Shown: positions 25,186-35,661, counted from the stretch's first letter. The stretch is DNA of 64,000 nt from Alphaproteobacteria bacterium (GCA_045634545.1 JAZRAL010000004.1:2359-66358), one strand, 5' to 3'. Made by a program: numbers and translations. Notes: generated from the letters alone by a model not told the origin.

Positions 25186-26201
25186 TGTTACACAATTTAG
25201 GTAATAAAATTTGGTATATTATTGTTATTTTTTTACTGATTGTAGGTGGGGGTGTTTTATACATAAATAAGATGACTTCTTATAATAGTTATTCTAATTC
25301 TTATTATGATTGCTCTGATTTTATATATGATAAAAACACTCAAACTCTAAATATTCATGTTAGCGCAAACGGACATGGTATTGGTAACCGATTAAAGAAA
25401 TTATTTTCTTATATGCGCTATTATACCCCTAAAACTGTTAATCTATATTGGCCTGATGAGGGATGGGTTACTGCTAAATTTGATGATTTATTTAAATTTG
25501 ATTATCCTGTTAACCTTATAGTTTTTAACCATGTAAGAGAGGTACCTAATAATAGAAGATTTTGCCTAGCCCCTCTAGAAAGAAACCGTAAAATTGTAGA
25601 TGTTTTATATCAATATATCAAAGACTACCGATTACTTGTTGCTAAGACAGATTTTATAGATACTAAACCTTTTAATGTTGATGCTAAATTCAACATTATC
25701 CCTGAGAATATTGTCGAAATATATGCTAATTATTTTAAGCACATAACTCCTTCTAAAAAAGTTTTAAAACGACTTAAAGATATTAATATTAATGATAATG
25801 TAGTTACTATACAGGTACGGACGAATGAAGACTGGCAAAATTATTTTGGCGGAGTTCATGAATTAGATGCATTCTATGAAAAGATGAACAAATATCCTGA
25901 TGATACTATATTTTATCTGAGTGCTATGTCTAAAGAAGTTGCAAGTGAATTTTATAAACGATTCCCTAATAGAATTATTGAACTCCCTAATAAAGATTAT
26001 CACTCTATGATTGATGCAACAGCTGATATGTTTATTCTTGGCTCTACAAAAGAAACATTATGCTCTTTTGAAAGTACTTTTTGCGAAGTGGGTTGGTATC
26101 TTAATGGGGCAAAATCAAAAGTTACAGTTATTGGTGATGATAAAAATTGGAAAATAAAAATATCAATAGATCCTATTATTGATAGTATTCCTTCAAACTA
26201 A
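25185..26201 (+). CDS. Membrane-anchored fucosyltransferase-like glycosyltransferase (GT-B; NodZ/GT23/O-FucT-like)
   Basis: N-terminal TM; GIGNRL, IQVRT, FYLSA, DMFILG, STF resemble GDP-fucose transferase motifs. Confidence 0.55.
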   Translation: MLHNLGNKIWYIIVIFLLIVGGGVLYINKMTSYNSYSNSYYDCSDFIYDKNTQTLNIHVSANGHGIGNRLKKLFSYMRYYTPKTVNLYWPDEGWVTAKFDDLFKFDYPVNLIVFNHVREVPNNRRFCLAPLERNRKIVDVLYQYIKDYRLLVAKTDFIDTKPFNVDAKFNIIPENIVEIYANYFKHITPSKKVLKRLKDININDNVVTIQVRTNEDWQNYFGGVHELDAFYEKMNKYPDDTIFYLSAMSKEVASEFYKRFPNRIIELPNKDYHSMIDATADMFILGSTKETLCSFESTFCEVGWYLNGAKSKVTVIGDDKNWKIKISIDPIIDSIPSN

Positions 26202-27880
26202 AATAATGTTGGATTAGAGTCTTTTTTTAGTAAAACAATTGCGGCGGCACGAGCCTCTTTGGTGATTGTTTCTCCTGCTAACATGCGGGCAATTTCCTCT
26301 ATTTTTCCCTCTTTTGAGAGCTTTGTTAGGCTTGTTGTTGTTATATTGTCTTTGGTTTGTTTTTCTACCTTATAATGTTCGGTGCTGAATGATGCAACTT
26401 GTGGAGAGTGTGTAACGACTAGAACTTGCTCATTTTTGGATAAACGAGATAATCTTTCTCCTACTGCTTCGGCTGTTGCTCCACCAATACCTGTATCTAT
26501 TTCATCAAATATAATAGTTTCTTGTGATGAGTTTTGTGCAAGATTTACCTTTAGTGCTAACATAAAACGAGATAATTCTCCACCTGATGCTATTTTATTT
26601 AGTGCACCAAATGGAGTGTTTGGATTGGTTGAAACCTTAAAGCAAATATCATCCCAACCTATTTCTGACCAATTATTTTCTTCTTTTTTAGAAATTTCAG
26701 TTTTAAATCTTGCTTTTTCCATTTTTAGGGCTGGCAATTCTTTTGCAACATATTTATCTAGAGTTTCCGCTGATTTTTGACGAAGGTTGCTTAAATTTGT
26801 TGCCTTTGTGATATAATCCTTTTTTTGAACATCAAGAAGTTGTTTTAACTCGTTTATTTCACTTTGCCCATATTGAATATTATTTAATAGAGATTTTAAT
26901 TCTTCTAGTTTTTCTGGTAGTAAATCTATTTGAGTATTATGTTTTTTTGCTAAATCTCTTAAATGGTATAGGCGAGTTTCTATGTTATCTATTTCGTTTT
27001 GGTTTAGTGATATATCTTCTGAACTGCTTTCTATTTCAGAGATAGTATCATTTAGGGTGTATAATGTATTTTCTAAACTTTCTTCTATTTGAGAGTATTT
27101 ATTGTTCACTATTTCGTTTGCTCTTGATATAGCATTGCGAGCTTTGGTTATTTGTTCTATCACTGAAAAAGAACCATTTAATGAAGAGTATGCTGTATTT
27201 AGCTTTTCTATGATTTTTTCTGCATTCATTAATTCATTACGCCTTATACGCAATGTTTCTTCTTCTCCTTTTTGTGGAGATGTTTTTTCTAGCTCATTAA
27301 CCCAATGAATTAGGTTTTCTTCTTCTTTTTGAGCTTTAAGTAATAATTCTTCTTTTTTAGCTAATTCTCTTTGAGTTGTTTTATATTGCTTATATGCAAG
27401 GCTTACATCTTTTATGCTTGCTTCTAGCTTACCATAGCTATCTAAGATAGAGCCATGTAGGTCTTGATTTAATAAACCTTGGCTATCATGCTGGCCATGT
27501 ATTTCTATTAAATGCGAACTTATTTCTTTTAACAACTTTAGGGTGATTGGTTGATCATTAAAAAGAATCTTTCCTTTGCCTTCGGATGTTATTGTACGTT
27601 TTATGATAATATCATCATCTATATCGAGGTCATACTCTTTGGCTATTGCGTGTATCTTGTTTGATTTATCTATTTCAAACACTCCTGATACGGATAATTT
27701 CTCTTCTCCTGTGCGAATTAAAGATGTTTCAGCTCTATTTCCTAGCAATAAGCCAAGAGAATCGAGCAAAATTGATTTACCTGCACCTGTTTCTCCGCTC
27801 AACACAGTTAAGCCTTTGGAAAATTCAATCTCTAGACTTTCTATTAATACTACATTTTTTATTGATAGAGATTTTAGCAT
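26198..27880 (-). CDS. recN: DNA repair protein RecN
   Basis: GETGAGKS, IEIHGQH, ASGGELSR, IIFDEIDTG, VTHSPQVA. Confidence 0.97.
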   Translation of the reverse strand: MLKSLSIKNVVLIESLEIEFSKGLTVLSGETGAGKSILLDSLGLLLGNRAETSLIRTGEEKLSVSGVFEIDKSNKIHAIAKEYDLDIDDDIIIKRTITSEGKGKILFNDQPITLKLLKEISSHLIEIHGQHDSQGLLNQDLHGSILDSYGKLEASIKDVSLAYKQYKTTQRELAKKEELLLKAQKEEENLIHWVNELEKTSPQKGEEETLRIRRNELMNAEKIIEKLNTAYSSLNGSFSVIEQITKARNAISRANEIVNNKYSQIEESLENTLYTLNDTISEIESSSEDISLNQNEIDNIETRLYHLRDLAKKHNTQIDLLPEKLEELKSLLNNIQYGQSEINELKQLLDVQKKDYITKATNLSNLRQKSAETLDKYVAKELPALKMEKARFKTEISKKEENNWSEIGWDDICFKVSTNPNTPFGALNKIASGGELSRFMLALKVNLAQNSSQETIIFDEIDTGIGGATAEAVGERLSRLSKNEQVLVVTHSPQVASFSTEHYKVEKQTKDNITTTSLTKLSKEGKIEEIARMLAGETITKEARAAAIVLLKKDSNPTLF

Positions 27881-27889
27881 ATTAAAAAA

Positions 27890-28642
27890 TTATTCCTTTG
27901 AAATGAGCTCTTTTGCTAACTTTGACCACTTGCTGTCTGGGTAGTTAGATGTTAGAATACGTTCTTTTTTGGTAGCTTCATATGTTAGACCTAGAATTGT
28001 GTATATTTCTATTTCTCTGTATAAAGCTTCTTCTATTTGCGCTGTTGTTTGGTAATTATCTGTTACTGTTGAGAAGCGATTTAGCGCTGATAGATATTCT
28101 TTGTTTTCTAGGTAATAACGTCCAACACTCATTTCGTGACCTGCAAGGTGGTCTTCTATAAGTGAAATTTTTTGTTTTGCGTCTTTTGCATATTCAGAAT
28201 CTGGGAACATTGTTATTACTTGGTTAAATGTATCATATGCATCTTTTGTTGATGATTGTTCTTTTTCTGATGGAGCAATTTGGTCATAATAGCAAACGCC
28301 TTTTAAGTAATAAGCATATGCAATATCTTTGTTTCCTGGGTGAAGTCTGATAAACCTATCAAGACTTGCGATAGCATCATCATACTTTTCGTCTTTGTAA
28401 TATGAGTATGCGCTCATTAATTTTGACTTTGCAACCCATTTAGAATAAGGATGCTCCATTTCTATCTTATCAAATGTTTCAGCAGCTCTTTGGTATGAGG
28501 TTTTTTCTAGATAATTATAAGCTTCATTATATAACATTTCGGCTGTTTTATCTTCATCATTTATAACAGGTTCTTCTGGTGTTGATGCACAAGCAGATAG
28601 TAATAAAAAAGTACATTGCAATAATGCTAATATTTTTTTCAT
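27890..28642 (-). CDS. bamD: Outer-membrane assembly lipoprotein BamD
   Basis: Lipobox LSAC, HPYSKW, TPR-like helices, HLAGHEMSVGRYY; lies between lpxC and recN. Confidence 0.93.
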   Translation of the reverse strand: MKKILALLQCTFLLLSACASTPEEPVINDEDKTAEMLYNEAYNYLEKTSYQRAAETFDKIEMEHPYSKWVAKSKLMSAYSYYKDEKYDDAIASLDRFIRLHPGNKDIAYAYYLKGVCYYDQIAPSEKEQSSTKDAYDTFNQVITMFPDSEYAKDAKQKISLIEDHLAGHEMSVGRYYLENKEYLSALNRFSTVTDNYQTTAQIEEALYREIEIYTILGLTYEATKKERILTSNYPDSKWSKLAKELISKE

Positions 28643-28657
28643 CTTAAACTCCCTATG

Positions 28658-29509
28658 TTATATAATCTCATAATTATCTTTAGAATCGAATAAAACTTTT
28701 AGTACTTCGTTATTATGACGATGTCCTGTTTTATTGGCAACAACTTTAGCTAATATATAGTAGCCAGAAGTGTATAAGTCACCTATTGTATCCATAACTT
28801 TGTGATTAACACACTCGTTTGGAACTCTAAAACCTTCTTCGTTTAATATTTTGTCTCCATCTAAAACCACCGCATTTTCTAGCGAACCACCTTTTATTAA
28901 ACCAATAGACTTCAAGTAATCTACTTGGTATTTTTCACAAAATGTACGACATGGAGCTATTTGGCTTGTAAATACATCTTTTGTAATTTCGTTTGTAAAA
29001 TTTTGATGTCCTACAATTGGTGATGGAAAATCTATATCAAACGATATTTCAAACTTATCTGATGGTAGTAATGTTATGCTTGCTTTATTTTCGTCTGTAT
29101 AGCTAACCTCTTTGGTTACTTTCAAGAATTTTTTAGGCGCTGATTGCTCTTCTAGTTCTATATTTTGCAGACTGTCTAAAAATACTTTACCACTACCATC
29201 TAATATTGGGATTTCTGCATTATTTATTTCTATATATGCATTATCTATGCCTAAAACACAAAGAACTGCCATTAAGTGTTCTATTGTGCTAACTATATTT
29301 TCTTTTGATAAACCAAGACAGGTGCAATTTCTAGTATCTACAACATTTGAATATAATGCGTTTAATAAAGGAGCATCTTTTAAATCAACACGCTTGAAAA
29401 TAATACCTGTATTTTCTTTTGCTGGATAAAGTGTCATTGTTACCTCAACACCTGAGTGTAACCCTATTCCTTTTATTTCTGTCTTTTGCTTTAATGTATG
29501 TTGTTTCAT
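28658..29509 (-). CDS. lpxC: UDP-3-O-acyl-GlcNAc deacetylase
   Basis: GIGLHSG, STIEHLMA, ILDGS, IAPCRTF, HKVMDTIGDL. Confidence 0.96.
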   Translation of the reverse strand: MKQHTLKQKTEIKGIGLHSGVEVTMTLYPAKENTGIIFKRVDLKDAPLLNALYSNVVDTRNCTCLGLSKENIVSTIEHLMAVLCVLGIDNAYIEINNAEIPILDGSGKVFLDSLQNIELEEQSAPKKFLKVTKEVSYTDENKASITLLPSDKFEISFDIDFPSPIVGHQNFTNEITKDVFTSQIAPCRTFCEKYQVDYLKSIGLIKGGSLENAVVLDGDKILNEEGFRVPNECVNHKVMDTIGDLYTSGYYILAKVVANKTGHRHNNEVLKVLFDSKDNYEII

Positions 29510-29533
29510 TGATATCTCCCAAAAAATAATATT

Positions 29534-29924
29534 AGGTGGTCTATAAGCCGAGTTATGTACTTTTCATTTGCTTTATCTGAAAAGATAAAGATTAAAGCGG
29601 TAACTATTCATCTAGGCTATATGTTGCCATATAGCTCGTGCGACCTACCTCTGGAGCAGAGTGGAAACGCCATGTATTACAGTAAAACTGCACTCCTAAC
29701 TTGGTCTTGCGTCAGATAGGGTTTACCTTGCCAAATGATATTACTATCTTTGCGGTGAGCTCTTACCTCGCCTTTTCAACCTTACCAAGTAAAATACTTG
29801 GCGGTAACTTTCTGTGGCACTTTCCCTTAGATTTCTCTAGCCGGACGTTATCCGGTACCTTGTTTCCATGACGCTCGGACTTTCCTCACCAGCAAAAAAT
29901 ACTAGCGCAGTTACCCGACCACCT
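29534..29924 (-). ncRNA. rnpB: RNase P RNA (bacterial class A)
   Basis: Minus strand contains GAGGAAAGTCCGAGC near the 5' end and ACATAACTCGGCTTAT near the 3' end; termini AGGTGGTC / GACCACCT pair as P1; about 390 nt. Confidence 0.93.
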
Positions 29925-30069
29925 TTGAGTTTTGTTTAATCTATATTGTAAAAAAAATCAATATTTTTTAATTTTTTTACTTTTTGTTAATTTTTTTCTT
30001 GATTTTTTGAAAATTTCTGTTATTTTGTCCAAAAATTACTTGGAAACATTTTAAAATCGGAGTTTTCTT

Positions 30070-30693
30070 ATGACAAAAAAAATAATTTTTTCAGCTTTTG
30101 TACTTTCTTTTTTAGCATTTGCTGAAGTTAGTAAAGCTGAATGTGATGGTTTTTATTTAGCTGGTCGTATCGGTCAAGCAAAAATTGAAGTAAAAGATGA
30201 TAGAGGCAATGCTGACTCTCACACTAATGACGGTGTAACAAACAAGAGAAGATTAATGGCTAGTGGTGCGATTGGTTATCGTCATGAACATTGGAGAGCT
30301 GAACTTGAATATGTATGGAGAAAGAAAAACTCTAAATCTCCTACTGAATTTTCTAAACACACATTTAAGTCTCAATCTTATATGTTTGTTGTTTACTATG
30401 ACTTTTTCCCTTATACATGGTTTACTCCATTTGTTAGCGCAGGTGTTGGTTATACAAAGAACAACTTAACTTCTTCTCTTAACCTACCTACTTGGAGCTG
30501 GAAAGAAAAAATGAAAGACAACAGCTTTACATGGTCTTTAGGTGCTGGTATTTCTGCTAAAATTACTAATCGCCTAAATATGGATATCGGTTATCGCTAT
30601 TATGACATGGGCGAAGGTAAACTAAATGTTTACAATGGTAAAACAGACACTGATGCTCATGAAGTTTATATGGGATTAAGATACGTTTTATAA
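30070..30693 (+). CDS. 8-stranded outer-membrane beta-barrel (OmpA-TM/opacity-like)
   Basis: Signal peptide, GFYLAG, WRAELEY, TPFVSAGVG, MDIGYRY, terminal GLRYVL. Confidence 0.88.
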   Translation: MTKKIIFSAFVLSFLAFAEVSKAECDGFYLAGRIGQAKIEVKDDRGNADSHTNDGVTNKRRLMASGAIGYRHEHWRAELEYVWRKKNSKSPTEFSKHTFKSQSYMFVVYYDFFPYTWFTPFVSAGVGYTKNNLTSSLNLPTWSWKEKMKDNSFTWSLGAGISAKITNRLNMDIGYRYYDMGEGKLNVYNGKTDTDAHEVYMGLRYVL

Positions 30694-30791
30694 AAAAAAA
30701 CAAATAGCTTTTAATAAAATGAGCTTGCAATATCTTTTTTATGGCTCTAGCCTATTGTCTAGAACATAAATAGAATTGGAGCTCATTTTTT

Positions 30792-32141
30792 ATGACTAAT
30801 AAACTTTTTGGAACAGATGGTGTTAGAGGAAAAGCCAATAGCTTTCCGATGAATATTGATTTTGCTTTAGACTTAGCAAGAGTTTTGAGTGGTTTTGCTT
30901 GTAATGAAAAGAAAAAAGTAGCTATAGCAAAAGATACTAGAATTTCTGGTGATATGTTAGAGAGCGCTCTTTGTTCTGGTTTTATGGAAAATGGTATTGA
31001 TGTTGTTTTACTTGGTGTTGTACCAACCCCTCTTGTGACTTCATTTACAAAAAATCTTGATGTTGATTTAGCAATTATGATTACAGCTTCTCATAATCCT
31101 TATTTTGATAATGGATTTAAGCTTATTAATAGCGATGGGGACAAATTTGATGATGAGTTTTATAGAATCGTTGAAGAAAAGATTGAAAACAAAGAGTTTA
31201 ACAAAAACAAAAATGACACCATTGGTAAATGCATAAAAAATGATGATATTGTTGAAGAATATATTTCTAAAATAAGAGATATAGCTCCTAATTATAAGGC
31301 TTTTAGTGGTTTAAGAGTGGTACTTGATTGTGCAAATGGCTCTTACCATTATATTTTGCCACAAATATTTAAGGATTTAGGTGCTGGTGTTATTAGTATA
31401 AACAACACTCCAAATGGTTATAATATTAATGAAAATTGTGGCTCACAACATACTGATGAACTTGCAAAAACAGTTGTAGAATCGAAGGCAGATTTTGGTA
31501 TTGCAGTTGATGGTGATGGCGACAGGATTATTCTTATTGATAATAATGGTAAAGTTATTGATGGCGACCAGTTGCTTTGTTTTTTAGCAAATTACATGAA
31601 AAAGCATGGAGTTCTTGATAACAACACCGTTGTTAGCACTGAGTGGTCTAACCTTGGTTTGAGCGAATATTTGAGCAAACATGGTTTTCAATATTTTAAG
31701 AGCAAAGTTGGTGAGAGATACGTTATCGACATTATGAGAGAAAAAGGCGCAGTGCTCGGTGGTGAATTGGTTGGACATATTGTATTATCTAACCATGCTA
31801 GAAGTGGTGATGGAGCAGTAACTGCGGTGGTAATTGCCCTTGCTTATTTGGAAGAGAAAAAGAAAATGAGTGAAATTTTCCCTCTTTTTAATCCGTATCC
31901 TTGCATTATAGAAAATATTAGATTTTCTACCAAAGAATTTATGCTTGAAAGCGTTGAGCATGATGATGTCAAAGAAGCTTTAGCTAAAGCAAAAAAAGAA
32001 CTTGGTGAAGACAGCAATTTGATTGCAAGAAAGTCTGGCACTGAACCTGTTATAAAACTTAGAGTTGAAGGCAAAGACACTAAACTCGTAGAAGAAATTG
32101 CCACAAGGTTAAAGGGACTTATTGAAAAGTATAAGAAATAA
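30792..32141 (+). CDS. glmM: Phosphoglucosamine mutase
   Basis: LFGTDGVRG, ITASHNP, DGDGDR, SKVGERYV, RKSGTEP. Confidence 0.94.
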   Translation: MTNKLFGTDGVRGKANSFPMNIDFALDLARVLSGFACNEKKKVAIAKDTRISGDMLESALCSGFMENGIDVVLLGVVPTPLVTSFTKNLDVDLAIMITASHNPYFDNGFKLINSDGDKFDDEFYRIVEEKIENKEFNKNKNDTIGKCIKNDDIVEEYISKIRDIAPNYKAFSGLRVVLDCANGSYHYILPQIFKDLGAGVISINNTPNGYNINENCGSQHTDELAKTVVESKADFGIAVDGDGDRIILIDNNGKVIDGDQLLCFLANYMKKHGVLDNNTVVSTEWSNLGLSEYLSKHGFQYFKSKVGERYVIDIMREKGAVLGGELVGHIVLSNHARSGDGAVTAVVIALAYLEEKKKMSEIFPLFNPYPCIIENIRFSTKEFMLESVEHDDVKEALAKAKKELGEDSNLIARKSGTEPVIKLRVEGKDTKLVEEIATRLKGLIEKYKK

Positions 32142-33929
32142 TTAGTGAGTTATTTCGTTTACTCTTTTAAGTGTTTCGATAATTTTTTCATCTTTTAGGG
32201 AATAAGCAGATATGTTGTTTATTCCTTTTTTGATTTTTATTTTTACCGATTTTCGATTTATTGCTTCGGCATCTTCTTTTTGTATCAAAGCCTGTTTCCA
32301 CAAAAAGATTGCTTCATTTTTGCGACCGCCTAACCAATATGCGTCACCTAAATGGTCGCTTATCACTGCATTTTGAGGATTAAGTTCTGATGCTTTTTCT
32401 AAATACACGATTGCATTTTTATAATCGCCAGTTTTGAAATATACCCAACCAAGACTATCCATTATAACACCATCATTTGGTTCTTTTGCATATGCTTCTA
32501 AGATATATGAAACAGCTTTATCTATGTTAGTGTCTTTTTTTAACCAAGTATAACCCAAGTAATTTAAGACTTGTGGGTGTCTATTACTTAACTTTAGAGC
32601 CTTTTCTAGACTTTCTTCTGCTTTTTCCCATTCATCATTTTTGTCATATGAAACAGCTAAAGCATAATATACAGGCCAATATTTTTCTGTTTCATAAAAA
32701 ATCGTTTCAATTGCTTGATTATAATACTTTATTGCATCTATTTGATTATCTGAAATACGTAAAACATCTCCTAAATTAAACAAAATTTGGAAGTTTTTAG
32801 GGTTTCTTTTTAGTAATTTTTTCAAGACCACTGTTGCTTCATTGTACTTTTCTTCTACAATTAGGTTATTTGCCTTCTTTATTTGAGCAGGATAATACAT
32901 TTCTGATTCTTTTTTTATGGCATCATAATACCTATTTGCATCTTTATACATATAACGAGTTTCAAAAATATCTGCCATTGCAATTTTTGTAACATCATTA
33001 GATGGATTAAAATATTCTGATATCGCCATATATACTTGAGCGTATTCATAACCTACTGGAACAGATTTAAACAATAGAGCTATTTCTAAAAATACTTCGC
33101 TTGCTCCCTTTGATGGAGTGTTTACTAGTAGATCTACAGAAGAATCGCTTTGCTTTATTTTTTTACTTAGACTTGAAAGCATTTCTTTTATATTGCTAGC
33201 TCCGTAATATTTACTGACCAAATCTATTGCATCCTCTTTTCTATTATTTCGTATCATTGAATTTGAAATTATCTGCAAAGCTCTAAATGATACATCTTCT
33301 GATTTATCTGTAATTATAGTATTATAATACGTTTGAGCTAATTTATTGTGGTTAAAGTATTCGGAAATCAAACCGGCATGAAGATTATACACTGTTTTCA
33401 TTTCGTCTACTTTTTTTAGCGGTTCTAAAGCAGACATAGCTTCTTCGTATTTATTTTCTCCAGCATATGTCCATGCATCAAATAGCGGAGTTATAAGATT
33501 TTGATAAGTTTTTTCTTTTATTGTAGCTAAAATATTTCTTGATAACGTATAGTTACCTTTTTTAAATTCATAAACAGCATTAATTACATCTATAAAATTG
33601 TTTTTATCTCCTTTGCTTCTTGCTTGATTTGCATATTTTACGGCATTTTCTATATCACCTTGAGATGCTAGTATTATATATGTTTTACCTATAATATCTT
33701 CATTTACTAACCCCTTTTCCATTGTTTTTATATAGTATTTTGACGCCTCCTTATAGTCTTGCCTAATGTGAGCAACTCGTCCAGCTAGATAATTACCATA
33801 AACACTTTCTTTTCGTGAGGGATATATAAATTTTGGAGATAAATCTTGTGTGTTTATGTAATTTCCTGTACACGAAATAAAGGAACCAACACCGCTTAGT
33901 AGTAATATAGTACTTAACAATTTTAACAT
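32142..33929 (-). CDS. TPR-repeat envelope lipoprotein
   Basis: Possible lipobox FISC, GNYLAGR, multiple TPRs, LNYLGYTW, MDSLGWVYF, DHLGDAYW..GRK.EA as in the conserved proteobacterial TPR protein. Confidence 0.9.
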   Translation of the reverse strand: MLKLLSTILLLSGVGSFISCTGNYINTQDLSPKFIYPSRKESVYGNYLAGRVAHIRQDYKEASKYYIKTMEKGLVNEDIIGKTYIILASQGDIENAVKYANQARSKGDKNNFIDVINAVYEFKKGNYTLSRNILATIKEKTYQNLITPLFDAWTYAGENKYEEAMSALEPLKKVDEMKTVYNLHAGLISEYFNHNKLAQTYYNTIITDKSEDVSFRALQIISNSMIRNNRKEDAIDLVSKYYGASNIKEMLSSLSKKIKQSDSSVDLLVNTPSKGASEVFLEIALLFKSVPVGYEYAQVYMAISEYFNPSNDVTKIAMADIFETRYMYKDANRYYDAIKKESEMYYPAQIKKANNLIVEEKYNEATVVLKKLLKRNPKNFQILFNLGDVLRISDNQIDAIKYYNQAIETIFYETEKYWPVYYALAVSYDKNDEWEKAEESLEKALKLSNRHPQVLNYLGYTWLKKDTNIDKAVSYILEAYAKEPNDGVIMDSLGWVYFKTGDYKNAIVYLEKASELNPQNAVISDHLGDAYWLGGRKNEAIFLWKQALIQKEDAEAINRKSVKIKIKKGINNISAYSLKDEKIIETLKRVNEITH

Positions 33930-34012
33930 TTGTAATTAATATCCTATCTTTTAGTTTATTATACCAAATTTTGCTTAACTTTAAACTAATTATATTATAT
34001 ATGTGTAAATAA

Positions 34013-34041
34013 TTGCTTTATATTGCAATAAAAAGTATAAT
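34013..34041 (+). promoter_or_regulatory. Sigma70 promoter of the UDG gene, with a palindromic spacer
   Basis: TTGCTT, 17-nt spacer, TATAAT; spacer contains the palindrome TATTGCAATA (34021-34030). Implies the true start is ATG 34060. Confidence 0.55.
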
Positions 34042-34059
34042 ATGTATAAAGTGATAGTA

Positions 34060-34845
34060 ATGAATAAACAAATTGACATAAAAGAATTGCTTGATTGGTA
34101 TATATTTGCAGGTGTTACTGAAACCTGTGGTGATTTGCCATGCTTAAATGCATCCCCACAAGATATAAATCTACCAAAACCTAAGGAAAATCATACGCTT
34201 GAAGCAAAAACAACTATCAACAACCAGCAAGCTATGATTTTTAAAAATGCAAAAGATATTACTAAAAACGCTAAAAACTTGGACGAACTTAAAGAAATTT
34301 TATTAAAATTTGATGGTTGCGGGTTAAAGAGCACGGCGGCTAATACTGTTTTTGGCGACGGCAATCCCAATGCTAAAATTATGCTAATTGGTGAAGCTCC
34401 TGGCGCTGATGAGGATAGAATCGGCAAACCTTTTGTTGGAAGATGCGGAAAACTACTCGATAAAATGCTTGAAGCAATAAATATTGATAGAACATCTTGC
34501 TATATTACCAACATCTTACCATGGAGACCGCCTGGAAATAGAACTCCGACAGATGATGAATTAGCCCTTTGTTTGCCGTTTTTGAAAAGACAAATAGAGC
34601 TAATTAACCCTGATTATATATTGCTTCTTGGTGGAATCGCATTAAAATCTTTAATGGAAACCAATGATTCTATATCAAGAAGTAGAGGTAAATGGCTTGA
34701 ATATCAAATATCTCAGGACAAAAAAGCCTTTGTTTTAGCTACATTCCACCCTTCTTATTTACTAAGAAGTTCTCAACAAAAGTCAAAATCTTGGGCTGAT
34801 TTACTTCGCTTGAAAAATAAAATTAATAATAATGTTCAAAATTAA
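34060..34845 (+). CDS. Uracil-DNA glycosylase family 4
   Basis: GEAPGADED, PFVGRCG, PWRPPGNRTP, TFHPSYLLR; Cys residues consistent with an Fe-S site. Confidence 0.93.
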   Translation: MNKQIDIKELLDWYIFAGVTETCGDLPCLNASPQDINLPKPKENHTLEAKTTINNQQAMIFKNAKDITKNAKNLDELKEILLKFDGCGLKSTAANTVFGDGNPNAKIMLIGEAPGADEDRIGKPFVGRCGKLLDKMLEAINIDRTSCYITNILPWRPPGNRTPTDDELALCLPFLKRQIELINPDYILLLGGIALKSLMETNDSISRSRGKWLEYQISQDKKAFVLATFHPSYLLRSSQQKSKSWADLLRLKNKINNNVQN

Positions 34846-34909
34846 GAAAAATTAAACAATCTATTGATTATATTTAGTGTAAATATAAAAGATATTGTGA
34901 GGTTTTGAC

Positions 34910-35647
34910 ATGATTAAATCTATGAAATTTATAGCATCTCTTGTGATTGGAACAGTGATTGCCCTTCCTTATAATGCGGATGCTAGCACTGAAAAAAATG
35001 ATACACCAACAACACGTTCTGATGCTGTTATTTTTAAAATACATGAAATTGAGCCTGTTTCTAAAGATGGAATTGTAACTGGTTGCGACTTTACAACAAC
35101 TCTTTATAATAGAACATCTAACAACTTTAGAAATTTTACAATTAATCTTGATTGGGATGATGTTGTAGACGAACGCTTTAAATTCGATAAATATGCTGAA
35201 GCTGTTATGTCAAAAGAAGATTTTAAGAAAATAGAAAGCACCATTACTGAAAAGAAAGAAGATGCTAGTGTTAAAACATCTATAACAATAAATGCTTTTG
35301 GTAGCGATAAACAAATTTCTGTTCGCTCACATATTGATAATGAAAAATGCTATTTATTGCTAAATAAAGCAAACTTTACTGTAACACCTTGTGATATCGC
35401 TCGTAATATCGAAACTAAGAAGGGTGCTGATGTTTCTGCTAATCAAAAAGAGTGCACAAGTTTATTCCAATTTGTAAGTACAGGTAATCCTGAATATTTT
35501 GGTAAATTTAAACGCATTTCTCAAACAGAAGAAGCTATTCAAAATGATATCGTAGAAACTCAAGAACTTTCAGATATTGATTCTGTTATAGGTAAGATTG
35601 TTGAAAATCTTGGAATTTCTGATAGCACTCTTACAAATGTTAATTAG
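34910..35647 (+). CDS. Secreted protein with a four-Cys domain
   Basis: Signal peptide (ADA-S); shares Cys pattern with the next ORF. Confidence 0.7.
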   Translation: MIKSMKFIASLVIGTVIALPYNADASTEKNDTPTTRSDAVIFKIHEIEPVSKDGIVTGCDFTTTLYNRTSNNFRNFTINLDWDDVVDERFKFDKYAEAVMSKEDFKKIESTITEKKEDASVKTSITINAFGSDKQISVRSHIDNEKCYLLLNKANFTVTPCDIARNIETKKGADVSANQKECTSLFQFVSTGNPEYFGKFKRISQTEEAIQNDIVETQELSDIDSVIGKIVENLGISDSTLTNVN

Positions 35648-35661
35648 TCAGGATAGTTATT

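Noticed and set aside
29570-29600. TTTATCT-GAAA-AGATAAA hairpin as a terminator or separate sRNA
   Set aside because: Lies inside RNase P RNA; it is an internal helix.
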